Assembly (NCBI GenBank): GCA_963826115.1
Contig: CAWGVS010000003.1
Location: 96,001 to 160,000 of the forward strand
DNA: 64,000 nucleotides
Reading direction: 5' to 3'
From: an uncultured Candidatus Rokubacteria bacterium
GTDB taxonomy: Bacteria > Methylomirabilota > Methylomirabilia > Rokubacteriales > DASRDR01
Within the stretch, counting starts at the first letter, position 1, and each line of letters opens with the position of its first letter. Both the position numbers and the translations under genes were made by a program. The notes beneath the pieces are model-generated. The model saw nothing but the letters and a program-made list of their open reading frames with translations. It was not told where the DNA came from and made no database searches. Below are positions 38,319-49,006 of the stretch, in pieces.

Positions 38319-39380
38319 GTGAAGCGCCCTCCCCGATTCGTGAGCCTCTATCGTTATGTGGCGTCGCGGAGCTTGGGCCATCAGATCCGTCTCATAGGGG
38401 TGGTCGCGCTTGCCACCGGGGTGGCGCTGATCCCCATCGAGATGCAGAGGCGCATCGTCAACGAGGCCATCGGCGGCGGCAACCTCACGGCCCTTGCCCG
38501 CTACGGGGTCCTCTTCGTGCTCGGCGCGTTGGCCGCGACCGGGCTGAAGTTCGCCATCAACCTCTACGAAGCCCTCATCGCCGAGCGGGTGCTGCGCGAT
38601 TTCCGCGCCATGCTGTACGAGCGCATCCTCGGCCTGCCCGTCTCGCAGCTACGCCACATGCCCCCCGCGCAACTCGTGTCGATCGTGCTCGCCGAGGCCG
38701 ATGAGCTGGGCGGCTTCTTCGGGCAGGCGTTCTCCGTTCCCCTCGTGTCCGGCTGCATGCTGATCGCGCTGACCGCGTACCTGGCCAGCCTGAATCCCTG
38801 GACGCTCGGCCTCCTGGCCTTGCACCCGATCGAGATCTGGGTGATTCCTCGGCTCCAGGGGCGCGTGAATCGCCTCTCCCGGAGTCGGGTCGCTCTCGGC
38901 CGTCACCTGGCCGCACACCTCGAGCGCTCGGTCCGTCGCCGCGCAAGGGCGGCGGCCGGTCCGATCGATCCATCCACCGACGTCCTCCGCTTTCGCCAAC
39001 GCCTCGATCGGATGCTCGCGATCCGGGTGCGCGCTGCCGCCTTCAAGTACGGCATCAAGTGGGTCGGCAACGGCGTGGCCAAGCTGGGGCCCTTCCTCCT
39101 CTTCATGGGGGGAGGGTGGCTGATCATCTCCCACTCGGCCGCGTTCGATCTCGGCCGGCTCGTCGCCGCGCTGGCGGCCTTCGACCGCCTCAACGACCCC
39201 TGGCAGGACCTGCTGGACTACTATTCGGCCAAGGAGATCGCCACGACCCGATACGCCCAGATCCTCGACACGCTGACGCCGAAGGACCTCGCAGGATCGC
39301 CTGGTCCCGCCACGGTCCCGGACTCGGCGGCGGTACCGTCTGAGCCCGGCCCGCACTCTCGCCAGCCCGCTGACTCCTGA
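38319..39380 (+). CDS. ABC transporter transmembrane domain only (no NBD)
   Basis: PIEMQRRIVNEAI, type-1 exporter TM helices, LGRLVAAL; ends in a low-complexity tail with no Walker A. Confidence 0.65.
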   Translation: MKRPPRFVSLYRYVASRSLGHQIRLIGVVALATGVALIPIEMQRRIVNEAIGGGNLTALARYGVLFVLGALAATGLKFAINLYEALIAERVLRDFRAMLYERILGLPVSQLRHMPPAQLVSIVLAEADELGGFFGQAFSVPLVSGCMLIALTAYLASLNPWTLGLLALHPIEIWVIPRLQGRVNRLSRSRVALGRHLAAHLERSVRRRARAAAGPIDPSTDVLRFRQRLDRMLAIRVRAAAFKYGIKWVGNGVAKLGPFLLFMGGGWLIISHSAAFDLGRLVAALAAFDRLNDPWQDLLDYYSAKEIATTRYAQILDTLTPKDLAGSPGPATVPDSAAVPSEPGPHSRQPADS

Positions 39381-39460
39381 CCCGGGGGAAATAGACCCCA
39401 CGCACTACCCGATCGCGCCCTTTGAGCAGGGCGGACACACTGGGAAAGCGACGCAATCGC

Positions 39461-40324
39461 CTAGTACGCCGTCGACGACGAGGGCTTCCCTGCCTTCCGG
39501 TCGCCGTACGTCAAGGATGCCCACGGCGGTCGGCGGGCCCGTTCTGATTCCACCACGACCAGATAGCGCCCCGACCACGGAGTCGGCGTGCGATCCTTGC
39601 GCAGGACCCACAACGGCACGCCACGCTCGAGCGCCGCTTCGTAGTCGGCGTCCAGCACCCCGTGCTTGTCGAGCACCTGGTTCAGCGATGCAGACACGCG
39701 AATGCATCCCTTCGATGCAGGTAACCCGAGTCGCGGCTCGAGGACATCAGGATCCGTTGAATGCAGCTGCAAACGCATCGGGCTCAGTCCACCGTCACCC
39801 CAGGTCCGCTCGCCGATCACCCAGCCGAAATCGAACACGCGCATGCCCTTGACACCGTAGCCACGAATCCCAAGATCGTTCCACGTGCCCTCCGCGCGGA
39901 AGTCCGAATGTGCGACGCTGTGCTCGAACACGCCCAGCGGCGTGAGGAAGTGGTCATAGGCGCCGGGACGCCCGGTTGAAACCAACGAAGCCCCGATGAA
40001 GTGCCGTTTGCCCTCCCCGTCGTCCCAATACAGAAGCGCCACCTGCACCTGTGGATTGCGGTCGACCACCAGAATGTATTGAGCCCGGGTCAGATCCACG
40101 CTCGCGTTCGCGAGCGCGGCCTCCATCAAGGCCGCGTACCGGGCGTGTTCCCCCTTCGGTGGCTTCACCTGTGGTCTGACTTCTCGCGAAAAGACGGACG
40201 CCAGGTCGATCCCTGAACGCAGTCGGCGAGGCGCCGTGCCCGGCCCATCCGCCCTTTGCTGTGCGACGGCTTGGGCGCTCAAGGCCAGAACCGTCCCGAG
40301 GACGGCCAGCCACACCCTATTCAC
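39461..40324 (-). CDS. L,D-transpeptidase (YkuD-like) family protein
   Basis: Signal peptide from GTG 40324; VSTGRPG, TPLGVF, H...SKGCIR catalytic motif. Confidence 0.82.
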   Translation of the reverse strand: MNRVWLAVLGTVLALSAQAVAQQRADGPGTAPRRLRSGIDLASVFSREVRPQVKPPKGEHARYAALMEAALANASVDLTRAQYILVVDRNPQVQVALLYWDDGEGKRHFIGASLVSTGRPGAYDHFLTPLGVFEHSVAHSDFRAEGTWNDLGIRGYGVKGMRVFDFGWVIGERTWGDGGLSPMRLQLHSTDPDVLEPRLGLPASKGCIRVSASLNQVLDKHGVLDADYEAALERGVPLWVLRKDRTPTPWSGRYLVVVESERARRPPWASLTYGDRKAGKPSSSTAY

Positions 40325-40410
40325 GCGTCCGGATGCGCGGCGACCTGTGCTACGCCACCGGGCCAGCCGGCGCACGCGTTCCCCGGCTATGCCCTCCTGG
40401 CTGGAAGCAC

Positions 40411-42996
40411 TCACGAGTACGCCGAGACTCCCGGCTTGCCCGCAAGCGGTCCGGAGCTCCTGCCGAGCAGCCTGCCCATTAATCGACGCTTGACCACCTC
40501 GACGAGGACGAGATACGCGATGGTGACCCCGCCCAGAAACACGAAGTACGCGCCCGGGAGCGGCACGAAGCCCAGCGGCCCCGCGAGCGGCGTGAAGGGC
40601 AGCATCACGCCGGTCAGCACCACGAGAATCGTGGTCGTCGCCAGCGGGAGGCTCGGGCGACTGCGCAAGGGGTTGCCCACCGTCCGGATGACGAAGAGGA
40701 CGAGCGTCTGCGTCGCCAGCGACTCGACGAACCACCCCGTATGGAACACCGCTTCCGAGGCGCGGAAGACCCACAGCAGGACGCCGAACGTGAGGAAGTC
40801 GTAAATGGAGCTGATCGGCCCGATCACCATCATGAACCGCCGTATGACCCCGATGTCCCACCGCTGCGGCGTCCGGATGAACGCGTCATCGACGTTGTCC
40901 GTGGGGATCGTGATCTGGGCAAGATCGTAGAGGAGGTTGTTGAGCAGGATCTGGGTCGGCAGCATCGGGAGGAACGGGAGGAAGAGGAACGCGCCCGCCA
41001 TGCTGAACATGTTGCCGAAGTTCGAGCTGGTCCCCATCAGCAGGTACTTCATCACGTTGCCGAAGGCGCGGCGACCCTCGAGGATGCCGGCGTGGAGGAC
41101 GCCCAGGTCGCGCTCGAGCAGGATGATGTCGGCCGCGTCCTTGGCGACGTCGACGGCGGTCGCCACGGACACGCCGACGTCCGCCGTGTGGATGGAGGGG
41201 GCGTCGTTGATCCCGTCGCCCAGGAAGCCAACGACGTGGTTGCGGTTCTTCAGCGCGAGGATGATCCGAGTCTTCTGAGCGGGAGAGACGCGCGCGAAGA
41301 CCGTCGTGTGCTCAGCCACCGCCGCGAGCGCGCTGTCGGTCATGCGCTCGATCTCGTCGCCGACGAGAACTCGAGCGCTGTCGAGGCCAACCTGACCGCA
41401 GATGTGCTGGGCGACAAGCTCACTGTCACCGGTGAGAATCTTCACCCCGACGCCGTCCCGGCGAAGCGCGCGAATCGCCTCGGCGACACCTTCCATCGGC
41501 GGATCGAAGAAGCTCACGAAACCAGCAAGGACGAGATCGATCTCGTCACGGGCCGAATACACCGCCTGGATGGGCGCCACCACGTAGGCGACGGCCAGGA
41601 CTCGAGATCCCTGAGCGCTCAGCTCGCGGTACGTCGCTTCGCAGCGTGCCCGCACCGCCTCATCGAGCGGGACCCGGCGACCGTCGACCTCGTACGCCGT
41701 GCAGCAGGCGACCACCCCTTCCGGAGCTCCCTTCGTGATCAGCAGGCGTCCGCCACTGTCTTCGACGACGACCGAGAGCCGCCGGCGCTCGAAGTCGAAC
41801 GGGATCTCATCGATCTTCCGGTACCCATCGCTGGCGACCCCGCCACGCTTGAGAATTCCCGCGTCCAGCGGACTCTTGATGCCCGCTTGGTGGGAGCTGT
41901 TGACGTAGGCCAGGGCGAACGGTCGCTCCGATACCTGGCCGAGCGGGTCGAGGCACCGGTCAAGCGCCATGTCGCCGCTCGTCAGGGTGCCCGTCTTGTC
42001 GCTGCAGAGGATGTCCATGCTGCCGAAGTTCTCGATCGCCTCGAGATGCCGGACGATCACCTTCTGGCGCGCCATGTGCGCGGCTCCGCGCGAGAGAGTC
42101 ACGGCGCTGATCATGGGCAGGAACTCCGGCGTCAGGCCCACCGCAAGCGCCACCGCGAAGAGCAGCGACTCGAGAAACGCGTGATGCAGCAGCGCGCTGG
42201 TGAACAGAACGAAGAGCACCAGGAACAGCACCGTGCGCGTGATGAGGAGCGCAAATTGCCGCGTGCCCCGCTCGAACTCGGTCTCGGGCGGCCGCGTGGA
42301 CAGGCGGGCGGCAATGTCGCCAAACGCGGTCGCCCGCCCCGTCGCGACGACGAGCGCCGTCGCCGTCCCGCTCACGACCGACGTGCCGAGGAAGACGACG
42401 TTGCGGGCCTCCGCCGCCTGGCGCGGCGCGACCTCGAGGTCCTCCGATCCCTTCTCCGCCGGCATCGACTCGCCCGTCAGGGCCGCCTGCTGGACGTGGA
42501 GGTTCCGTGTCTCGAGGAGGCGCGCGTCGGCCGGCACGCGATCTCCGGCCGCCATGCGGACGATGTCGCCCGGGACGAGGTCGCGTCGTCGGATCTCGCC
42601 CCAGCTTCCATCACGGAGGGCGGTCGCCGTCGGCGCGACGACGTCGCGCAGCCGCTCCGCGACACGATGGGAACGATAGGTCTGAACGAAGTTGAGCACC
42701 ACGCTGAGCGCCACCATGAGGACGATGATGGAGGCGTTGACCGGTTCGCCGAGGATCGCGGAGGCAGCGCTCGCGATCAGCAGGGTGACGACCAAGGGAT
42801 TCGCAAGGAGCCGGAGGACTTGGACAAGACCCGCCGTGCGGGGCGCTCGCGCGGGCTCGTTCGGGCCAACCTCCCCGAGCCTCCGGCGCGCTTCGTCCGT
42901 GGTCAAGCCTCCGGACGAGGCCTGGAGCGCGGCGAAGAGCACATCCACAGGCTCGTGGAGCGCCGTCCCGACGAAACGGCTCTCCGGCATCGTCAT
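40411..42996 (-). CDS. mgtA: Magnesium-translocating P-type ATPase
   Basis: TGES, AVGLTPEFLP, DKTGTLT, GDGINDAP; SSNFGNMFS, NNLLYD and FHTGWFVES are typical of the P3B class. Confidence 0.95.
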   Translation of the reverse strand: MTMPESRFVGTALHEPVDVLFAALQASSGGLTTDEARRRLGEVGPNEPARAPRTAGLVQVLRLLANPLVVTLLIASAASAILGEPVNASIIVLMVALSVVLNFVQTYRSHRVAERLRDVVAPTATALRDGSWGEIRRRDLVPGDIVRMAAGDRVPADARLLETRNLHVQQAALTGESMPAEKGSEDLEVAPRQAAEARNVVFLGTSVVSGTATALVVATGRATAFGDIAARLSTRPPETEFERGTRQFALLITRTVLFLVLFVLFTSALLHHAFLESLLFAVALAVGLTPEFLPMISAVTLSRGAAHMARQKVIVRHLEAIENFGSMDILCSDKTGTLTSGDMALDRCLDPLGQVSERPFALAYVNSSHQAGIKSPLDAGILKRGGVASDGYRKIDEIPFDFERRRLSVVVEDSGGRLLITKGAPEGVVACCTAYEVDGRRVPLDEAVRARCEATYRELSAQGSRVLAVAYVVAPIQAVYSARDEIDLVLAGFVSFFDPPMEGVAEAIRALRRDGVGVKILTGDSELVAQHICGQVGLDSARVLVGDEIERMTDSALAAVAEHTTVFARVSPAQKTRIILALKNRNHVVGFLGDGINDAPSIHTADVGVSVATAVDVAKDAADIILLERDLGVLHAGILEGRRAFGNVMKYLLMGTSSNFGNMFSMAGAFLFLPFLPMLPTQILLNNLLYDLAQITIPTDNVDDAFIRTPQRWDIGVIRRFMMVIGPISSIYDFLTFGVLLWVFRASEAVFHTGWFVESLATQTLVLFVIRTVGNPLRSRPSLPLATTTILVVLTGVMLPFTPLAGPLGFVPLPGAYFVFLGGVTIAYLVLVEVVKRRLMGRLLGRSSGPLAGKPGVSAYS

Positions 42997-43366
42997 CCCT
43001 GTGAAGTCACGTGATGCATTTCTGCCTCGTGTGGCCCGGTGTCGCGAACAGCGTCAGTGGCCGCTCACGATCGGGATGCCCTCACCGCGAAAGACGCCAG
43101 GGTTGTCCGCTCCCTCTACCACGAGGAAGGCAAGGCCGCGTTCCAGGCGTGACTGTGCATGGGCCACGAGGATGTGGCGGTCCGGCAGCTCCAGCTTGAG
43201 CTCGACAATCGGATCATGGCGCTGTTCTCCTGGGCCGCGTCCGTGGAGCCCCGTCGGTCGGCCCGTGGGGACGGTGCAGCCGGCATGCCAGTCGCTGACC
43301 GCCCGGCCGTTGATGATCCTCGCGGAGGTGCCGCGCTCGGACACCAGGGCCTGACCCAGGCGCGCC

Positions 43367-43630
43367 TCACTGGGGCACCGGAAGGTCACCCCGGCAGGTG
43401 GCCATGCGCGGATAGAGTCGAGGGGCAGCGGCGGTGAGGAGCGCACAGGTACCAAGCAGAGCGGCGGCGTCGAGCCAGAGCCCTGAAATAGGCGTGCCGG
43501 AAGGCAGCATCAGCGCTCGGAGAGCGTCGACCTGATACGTGAGGGGGTTCGCCCGGGACACGAGCCGCAGCCAGCGGGGTATCAGCGCCAAGGGGCAGAC
43601 GGCGCTGCTCGCGAACAAGGTGGGCGTCAT
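43367..43630 (-). pseudogene. C-terminal remnant of an ABC-2 (DrrB-like) permease
   Basis: FASSAVCPLALIPRWL..NPLTYQVDALRALM matches the ABC-2 C-terminus; N-terminal part absent. Confidence 0.6.
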
Positions 43631-43653
43631 GTGGCGCGCAGGTCAAGAATCGG

Positions 43654-43669
43654 TGGCACCACGGTTGCT
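43654..43669 (+). promoter_or_regulatory. Sigma54 -24/-12 promoter
   Basis: TGGCAC-CACGG-TTGCT, immediately upstream of the DUF3300 gene. Confidence 0.8.
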
Positions 43670-43683
43670 TGTCACGATGTGAG

Positions 43684-44982
43684 ATGGCTTCCCCGAGCCG
43701 GATCATCAGCCTCGGGCTCACCGTGGTCCTGGTCGCCTCGGCCGGTCAGGCACAGTCCCCCCAGACAAGCCCACCGGCTCAAGGGCCGGCCGTCTTCACG
43801 CCAGACCAACTGGACCAGTTGCTGGCCCCAATCGCGCTCCATCCGGATCCCCTGGTTGGCCAGATCCTCATGGCCGCCACCTATCCGCTCGAGGTGGTCC
43901 AGGCGACCCGCTGGCTCCAGGACCCGAATCACGCGGCGCTGACCGGGTCGGCGCTGGCGGCGGCCCTCGACCTCCGGCCGTGGGATCCTAGCGTCAAGGC
44001 GCTCGTGTCCTTTCCCCAGATCCTTCGCATGATGGATGGAGCGCTCGAGTGGACGGAAGCAGTCGGCGACGCATTCCTGTCCGATCAGGTGGCCGTCATG
44101 GACGCGATCCAGCGGCTGCGCCTGCGCGCGCAGTCGGCCGGGACCCTGGTCACCACCCCGCAGCAGATGGTGCTGACACAGGACCAGGCGATCGGCATCA
44201 TCCCGGCCGATCCTCAGGTTGTCTACGTGCCGATGTACAACCCTGCTGCGGTGTATGGGACGTGGGTGTACGCGCCGAGTCCCTACTTCGGCTATCCCGT
44301 TGTCGCCCCCGTCGGGGTCGTCGGCGGCGTGGGCTTCGGCGTCGGCATCGTCGTCGTGCCGTACTTTTGGGGCTGGCATCACTGGGACTGGCCTCACCAC
44401 CGTCTTCACGTCGATCATGACCGGTTTGTTCACATCAGCGGTCACCGGCCCCCCCCCGGCGGCGTCTGGGTACACGACCCGGTCCACCGTCACGGGATCC
44501 CTTATCGCGATCCGGGAACGCGCGCGCGCTTTGTGCCTCCCCCTCACGGCGACGTGCGCGGCTACGGGACGGGCCTCCCGCCGGGGAGACCGGGCCCCGG
44601 CGCCAAGAGCGGGAGCGCGCCGCCGCGCGCTGCCGCTCCTCCGGGAAGCCCGGCCCCGCCCCGCGGGAACCCCGCCCCCGGCGGTGCCGGGAGCGCCCCC
44701 GTGGCGCGACCAACCACTCGTCTGACTCTGCCGCCACAGACCCCGACGACACGCCCCGCGCCACCTGCCGTCGGCGGAGCGCTCCGCCCGCTCGCCCCCG
44801 CCTTCGAATCCTTCGGACGGGGCGTCGATGTTCGCACGCAGACCGAGCGGGGCCAGTCGAGCCGCCGGTCCATCGCCCCATCGGTGCCGAAGGCTCCAGC
44901 CAAACCGCCATCAAGCGGGACGCGCTCCGGAGGAGTCCCCTCCGGGACCCCCAAGTCCGGGGGCAGTCAACCTCGCCGGTGA
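43684..44982 (+). CDS. DUF3300-domain protein with a Pro/Gly-rich tail
   Basis: LDQLLAPIALHPDPL..ATYPLEVVQA, WDPSVKAL, VMDAIQRLR, VYVPMYNP motifs. Confidence 0.9.
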   Translation: MASPSRIISLGLTVVLVASAGQAQSPQTSPPAQGPAVFTPDQLDQLLAPIALHPDPLVGQILMAATYPLEVVQATRWLQDPNHAALTGSALAAALDLRPWDPSVKALVSFPQILRMMDGALEWTEAVGDAFLSDQVAVMDAIQRLRLRAQSAGTLVTTPQQMVLTQDQAIGIIPADPQVVYVPMYNPAAVYGTWVYAPSPYFGYPVVAPVGVVGGVGFGVGIVVVPYFWGWHHWDWPHHRLHVDHDRFVHISGHRPPPGGVWVHDPVHRHGIPYRDPGTRARFVPPPHGDVRGYGTGLPPGRPGPGAKSGSAPPRAAAPPGSPAPPRGNPAPGGAGSAPVARPTTRLTLPPQTPTTRPAPPAVGGALRPLAPAFESFGRGVDVRTQTERGQSSRRSIAPSVPKAPAKPPSSGTRSGGVPSGTPKSGGSQPRR

Positions 44983-44995
44983 GGGTCACACGACG

Positions 44996-45940
44996 ATGAG
45001 ACGCACGGGCCAGTCACGAACGATCCGACCAGGCTGGCCGGTGCTGATCGCAGCACTCCTCTTGGTGGCCGCGAGTCCGCCGGGATGGACGGCGGGCGAG
45101 CCGCCGGCGACGTTCGCCTCGGCGCAGCAGGCCGTGGACGCGCTCGTGACCGCCACCAGGACTACCCGGCTGGCCGACCTGCGCCAGATCCTGGGCACGG
45201 CGGGGCGGGCTCTCATCTGGTCCGGAGATCGGGTTGCCGATCGCGTAGGGCGGGACAAGTTCATCGTGGCCTACGATCACGGCCATCGACTCGAGATGAC
45301 CGGATCGACCCGGGCAGTCCTGATCGTCGGCCCCGACCAGTGGCCCTTTCCCATCCCCTTGGTCCACGACGCGACGGGCTGGCACTTCGACACACCCGCC
45401 GGTGTCCAGGAGATCCTCAATCGACGCGTCGGGCGGAACGAGCTCAACGTCATCGAGGTCTGCCGGGCCTTCGTCGTGGCGCAGCGCGAGTATGCCGCGC
45501 GAAACCCGTTGGGAAGCGACCTCGCGGAGTTCGCCCAGAACCTCCTCAGCACGCCGGGGACCCGCGACGGCCTCTACTGGCCCGCCGAGCCGGGCGAGCA
45601 GGACAGCCCGCTCGGACCTCTGGTTGCGAGCGCCCGGGCCGAGGGCTACCAGCGCACGCCGGTCGCTCAGCCCATCCCCTACCACGGCTACTACTATCGG
45701 ATGCTCACGCGCCAGGGAGCCAACGCCCCCGGAGGCGCGCGCGACTACATCGTGGACGGCCACATGCGGGGAGGCTTCGCGCTGGTGGCGTTCCCCGCGA
45801 AGTACGGCAACTCCGGCGTCATGACGTTCCTGGTCAACCAGACCGGCATCGTCTACCAGAAGAACCTCGGTCCGGACACGGCGACCATTGGGCTCCAGCT
45901 CGCGGCGTTCGACCCCGATGCCACGTGGACGACGCCCTGA
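44996..45940 (+). CDS. DUF2950-family protein
   Basis: WPFPIPL, RRVGRNEL, DGLYW, PYHGYYY, YGNSGVMTF motifs; usual partner of DUF3300. Confidence 0.9.
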   Translation: MRRTGQSRTIRPGWPVLIAALLLVAASPPGWTAGEPPATFASAQQAVDALVTATRTTRLADLRQILGTAGRALIWSGDRVADRVGRDKFIVAYDHGHRLEMTGSTRAVLIVGPDQWPFPIPLVHDATGWHFDTPAGVQEILNRRVGRNELNVIEVCRAFVVAQREYAARNPLGSDLAEFAQNLLSTPGTRDGLYWPAEPGEQDSPLGPLVASARAEGYQRTPVAQPIPYHGYYYRMLTRQGANAPGGARDYIVDGHMRGGFALVAFPAKYGNSGVMTFLVNQTGIVYQKNLGPDTATIGLQLAAFDPDATWTTP

Positions 45941-46115
45941 CGCGATAGGTCGCGACTCCTGGTGAGCTTGCCTCCCCTTGTGAAGACTCGCTCTCCGCCA
46001 TCGAGGGTTCCCGGTCGACTGGACGCCTTCCGATACACAGGGAACCACGATCAGGATCCCGGCCTACTACCCCTCCGGCACCGACACAACGGCCATTGCA
46101 CACGCGCGACTACCC

Positions 46116-48482
46116 TCACGCATGCGGCCATGTCCAGTTCCGCACCTCCGGCCGGTCCTCCCCGTGCTCGGCGATGTACGCCTTGTGCTCGCTCCGACGA
46201 TCGCGCATCGCCTGCCTGACGTGCGGGGCGCGGGAGAGCAGCCCGGGGACGCGATCGATCACGTCCATCACGAGGTGGTAGCGGTCCAGATCGTTCAGCA
46301 CGACCATGTCGAAGGGCGTGGTGGTCGTGCCCTCCTCCTTGTAGCCGCGCACGTGGAGATTCCCGTGATTGGTCCGCCGGTACGTCAGCCGGTGGATGAG
46401 CCAGGGATACCCGTGGTAGGCGAAGACGATCGGCCGATCCGTGGTGAACAGCGCGTCGAACTCGGCGGTCGACAACCCGTGGGGATGCTCCTCGCTCGGC
46501 TGAAGGCGCATGAGGTCCACGACGTTGACGACCCGCACGCGCACCTCGGGCAGATGCTCGCGAAGCAGCGCCGCCGCCGCGAGGGTTTCGAGCGTCGGCA
46601 CGTCACCGGCGCACGCGAGGACCACGTGTGGATCCACGCCGCCGTCGGTGCTCGCCCACTCCCAGGTCCCGATGCCGGCGGCGCAGTGTGCCATCGCCGT
46701 CTCCATGTCGAGGTACTGAAGAGCGGGCTGCTTGCCCGCAACGATCACATTGACGTAGCCGCGGCTCCGTAAGCAGTGGTCCGCGACCGACAACAGCGTG
46801 TTGGCGTCCGGGGGCAGATAGACGCGAATCACCTCGGCTTTCTTGTTGACCACGTGGTCGATGAACCCGGGGTCCTGATGCGAGAACCCGTTGTGGTCCT
46901 GGCGCCAGACGTGCGAGGTCAGCAGATAGTTCAGCGACGCAATCGGAGGACGCCAAGGGATCTGGCGCGTCACCTTCAGCCACTTGGCGTGCTGGTTGAA
47001 CATCGAATCCACGACGTGGATGAACGCCTCGTAGCTCGAGAACAGTCCATGGCGCCCGGTGAGCAGGTAGCCCTCGAGCCATCCCTGGCAGGTGTGCTCG
47101 CTCAAAATCTCCATCACCCGCCCTTCGGCACCGAGGTGCTCGTCCTCCGGCCGCCGCTCGGCCATCCAGGCGCGGTCGGTTACCTCGAACAAGGCATCGA
47201 GGCGGTTCGACGCGGTCTCATCGGGGCCGAACACCCGGAAGTTGCGCCGGTCCCGGTTGAGCGTCATCACGTCACGCAGGAATCGACCGAGGGGCCGGGT
47301 GGCCTCCGCGACCACGACCCCCGGCCGGGGGACCTCCACCGCATGCTGGCGGAAGTCCGGTAGCTGGAGCTCCTCGAGCAGCAGTCCCCCATTGGCGTGC
47401 GGGTTCGCGCCCATGCGGCGGGCACCCGTCGGGGCGAGCTGGGCGAGCTCGCGGCGAAGCCGGCCCGATTCGTCGAACAGCTCTCCCGGCCGATAGCTCC
47501 GCATCCACATCTCGAGCTGTCGCAGGTGATCGGGGTGATCCGCCAGGCCAGCGAGCGGCACCTGGTGCGAGCGCCACGAACCCTCGGTCTTCTTGCCGTC
47601 CACTTCCTTCGGGCCGGTCCAACCCTTGGGGGTCACGAGGACGAGCGCCGGCCAACGAGGCCGGGTCGCCGGCCCGCCAGCGCGCGCGCGCCGCTGGATC
47701 GACCGAATCTCCCCGACGACGGCATCGAGGGTCGCCGCCATGGCCTCGTGCATCGAAGCTGGCTCGTCCCCCTCCACGACGTAGGGGCGGTGTCCGTAAC
47801 CGGTGAGGAGGCTCTCCAGCTCGGCCCGGCCGATCCGGGCCAGAACGGTCGGGTTCGCGATCTTGTATCCGTTCAGGTGGAGGATAGGCAGGACGGCACC
47901 GTCCGTCACCGGGTTGAGGAACTTGTTCGAGTGCCATGCCGTGGCGAGCGGCCCGGTCTCCGCCTCTCCGTCGCCAATCACGCACGCGACCAGGAGGTCG
48001 GGGTTGTCGAACGCGGCGCCATAGGCATGGGCGAGCGAATAGCCGAGCTCACCGCCCTCGTGGATCGAGCCGGGCGTTTCGGGCGCGACGTGACTGGGAA
48101 TCCCGCCCGGAAAGGAGAATTGCCGGAACAGACGCCGCATCCCGGCCTCGTCCCGGGAGACGTCCGGATAGCGCTCGCTGTACGTGCCCTCGAGGTACGT
48201 GTTCGCCACCATGCCCGGCCCGCCATGGCCCGGACCGCACACGTAGATGACGTCGAGGTCGCGCGCTCGGATCAGGCGGTTCAGATGCGCGTAGATGAAG
48301 TTCAGACCCGGAGTCGTCCCCCAGTGGCCGAGAAGTCGCGGCTTGACGTGGGCGATCTCGAGCGGCTTCCGGAGCAGCGGGTTGTCGAGAAGATAGATCT
48401 GCCCGACGGACAGGTAGTTCGCCGCCCGCCAGTAGGCGTCGATCAGGGCCAGCTCCCCTGTGGACAACACACCAGCAGCCAT
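46116..48482 (-). CDS. xfp: Xylulose-5-P/fructose-6-P phosphoketolase
   Basis: [34 protein letters not shown] (ThDP), [12 protein letters not shown]; SD AGGAGGA. Confidence 0.97.
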   Translation of the reverse strand: MAAGVLSTGELALIDAYWRAANYLSVGQIYLLDNPLLRKPLEIAHVKPRLLGHWGTTPGLNFIYAHLNRLIRARDLDVIYVCGPGHGGPGMVANTYLEGTYSERYPDVSRDEAGMRRLFRQFSFPGGIPSHVAPETPGSIHEGGELGYSLAHAYGAAFDNPDLLVACVIGDGEAETGPLATAWHSNKFLNPVTDGAVLPILHLNGYKIANPTVLARIGRAELESLLTGYGHRPYVVEGDEPASMHEAMAATLDAVVGEIRSIQRRARAGGPATRPRWPALVLVTPKGWTGPKEVDGKKTEGSWRSHQVPLAGLADHPDHLRQLEMWMRSYRPGELFDESGRLRRELAQLAPTGARRMGANPHANGGLLLEELQLPDFRQHAVEVPRPGVVVAEATRPLGRFLRDVMTLNRDRRNFRVFGPDETASNRLDALFEVTDRAWMAERRPEDEHLGAEGRVMEILSEHTCQGWLEGYLLTGRHGLFSSYEAFIHVVDSMFNQHAKWLKVTRQIPWRPPIASLNYLLTSHVWRQDHNGFSHQDPGFIDHVVNKKAEVIRVYLPPDANTLLSVADHCLRSRGYVNVIVAGKQPALQYLDMETAMAHCAAGIGTWEWASTDGGVDPHVVLACAGDVPTLETLAAAALLREHLPEVRVRVVNVVDLMRLQPSEEHPHGLSTAEFDALFTTDRPIVFAYHGYPWLIHRLTYRRTNHGNLHVRGYKEEGTTTTPFDMVVLNDLDRYHLVMDVIDRVPGLLSRAPHVRQAMRDRRSEHKAYIAEHGEDRPEVRNWTWPHA

Positions 48483-48808
48483 CAGTCCTCCTGTTTGTCG
48501 TGGCGGGCCGGGCCAATCACCGCGTCAGCCACTGAAGTCCGGGGGGTCGTTCGAGGCCTTGATTCGCGTGGAAGACGCCGGGACGACCGGGCGATACGGG
48601 AACATGCCACGAACGCCACTGCGCGTCGAGCATTTCGGCGTCAGCGGCCACATCCTCTCCTCACGCCGCTCGCCCATCGTGCAGCTCACATCCTCCATCA
48701 TCTCGCTCTTCCGATCCATTCGATCCGGCGACAGCGAGCCACTGCCCCGCGCCCCACGCCGTCCACCGCTTCGCGTCCGGTGCAACGGTGAGGCGATCCC
48801 GCCCCAGG

Positions 48809-48826
48809 TGTCGCATCAGTGGGACA
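48809..48826. promoter_or_regulatory. Candidate enhancer (UAS) for a sigma54 activator
   Basis: TGTCGCA-TCAG-TGGGACA (TGT-N12-ACA, one mismatch from a perfect palindrome), about 85 bp upstream of the sigma54 site. Confidence 0.5.
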
Positions 48827-48910
48827 GTCTGCCCGAGGAGCGCCAGGGCCCACGCTTTGCGGGGCCGCCAACGACCGGAGCCATGTCGCCATCGTCCGGC
48901 TCCTCGAGGC

Positions 48911-48926
48911 CGGCATCACCGTTGCA
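48911..48926 (+). promoter_or_regulatory. Sigma54 -24/-12 promoter
   Basis: CGGCAT-CACCG-TTGCA upstream of the usp-osmC pair. Confidence 0.72.
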
Positions 48927-49006
48927 CACCACACCAGGAAGAGGTTCCGAAGTCATACCGGATGCCGGCCGAGGCGGGCCGCTGAGGCCGTGCACACGAG
49001 GGATCC

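Noticed and set aside
42997-43160. Mg2+ riboswitch or mgtL-like leader upstream of mgtA
   Set aside because: No Pro-rich leader peptide or recognisable M-box seen
43057-43437. Plus-strand frame with an in-frame TGA at 43150 (AFQA*LCMGHE), considered as selenoprotein or readthrough
   Set aside because: No recognisable family, redox motif or clear SECIS hairpin; more likely decayed or non-coding
44560-44980. Repeat-like Pro/Gly-rich DNA
   Set aside because: Low-complexity coding tail of DUF3300, not a periodic array
48525-48785. Short ORF upstream of xfp
   Set aside because: No motif or coding-like codon bias; overlaps the regulatory region
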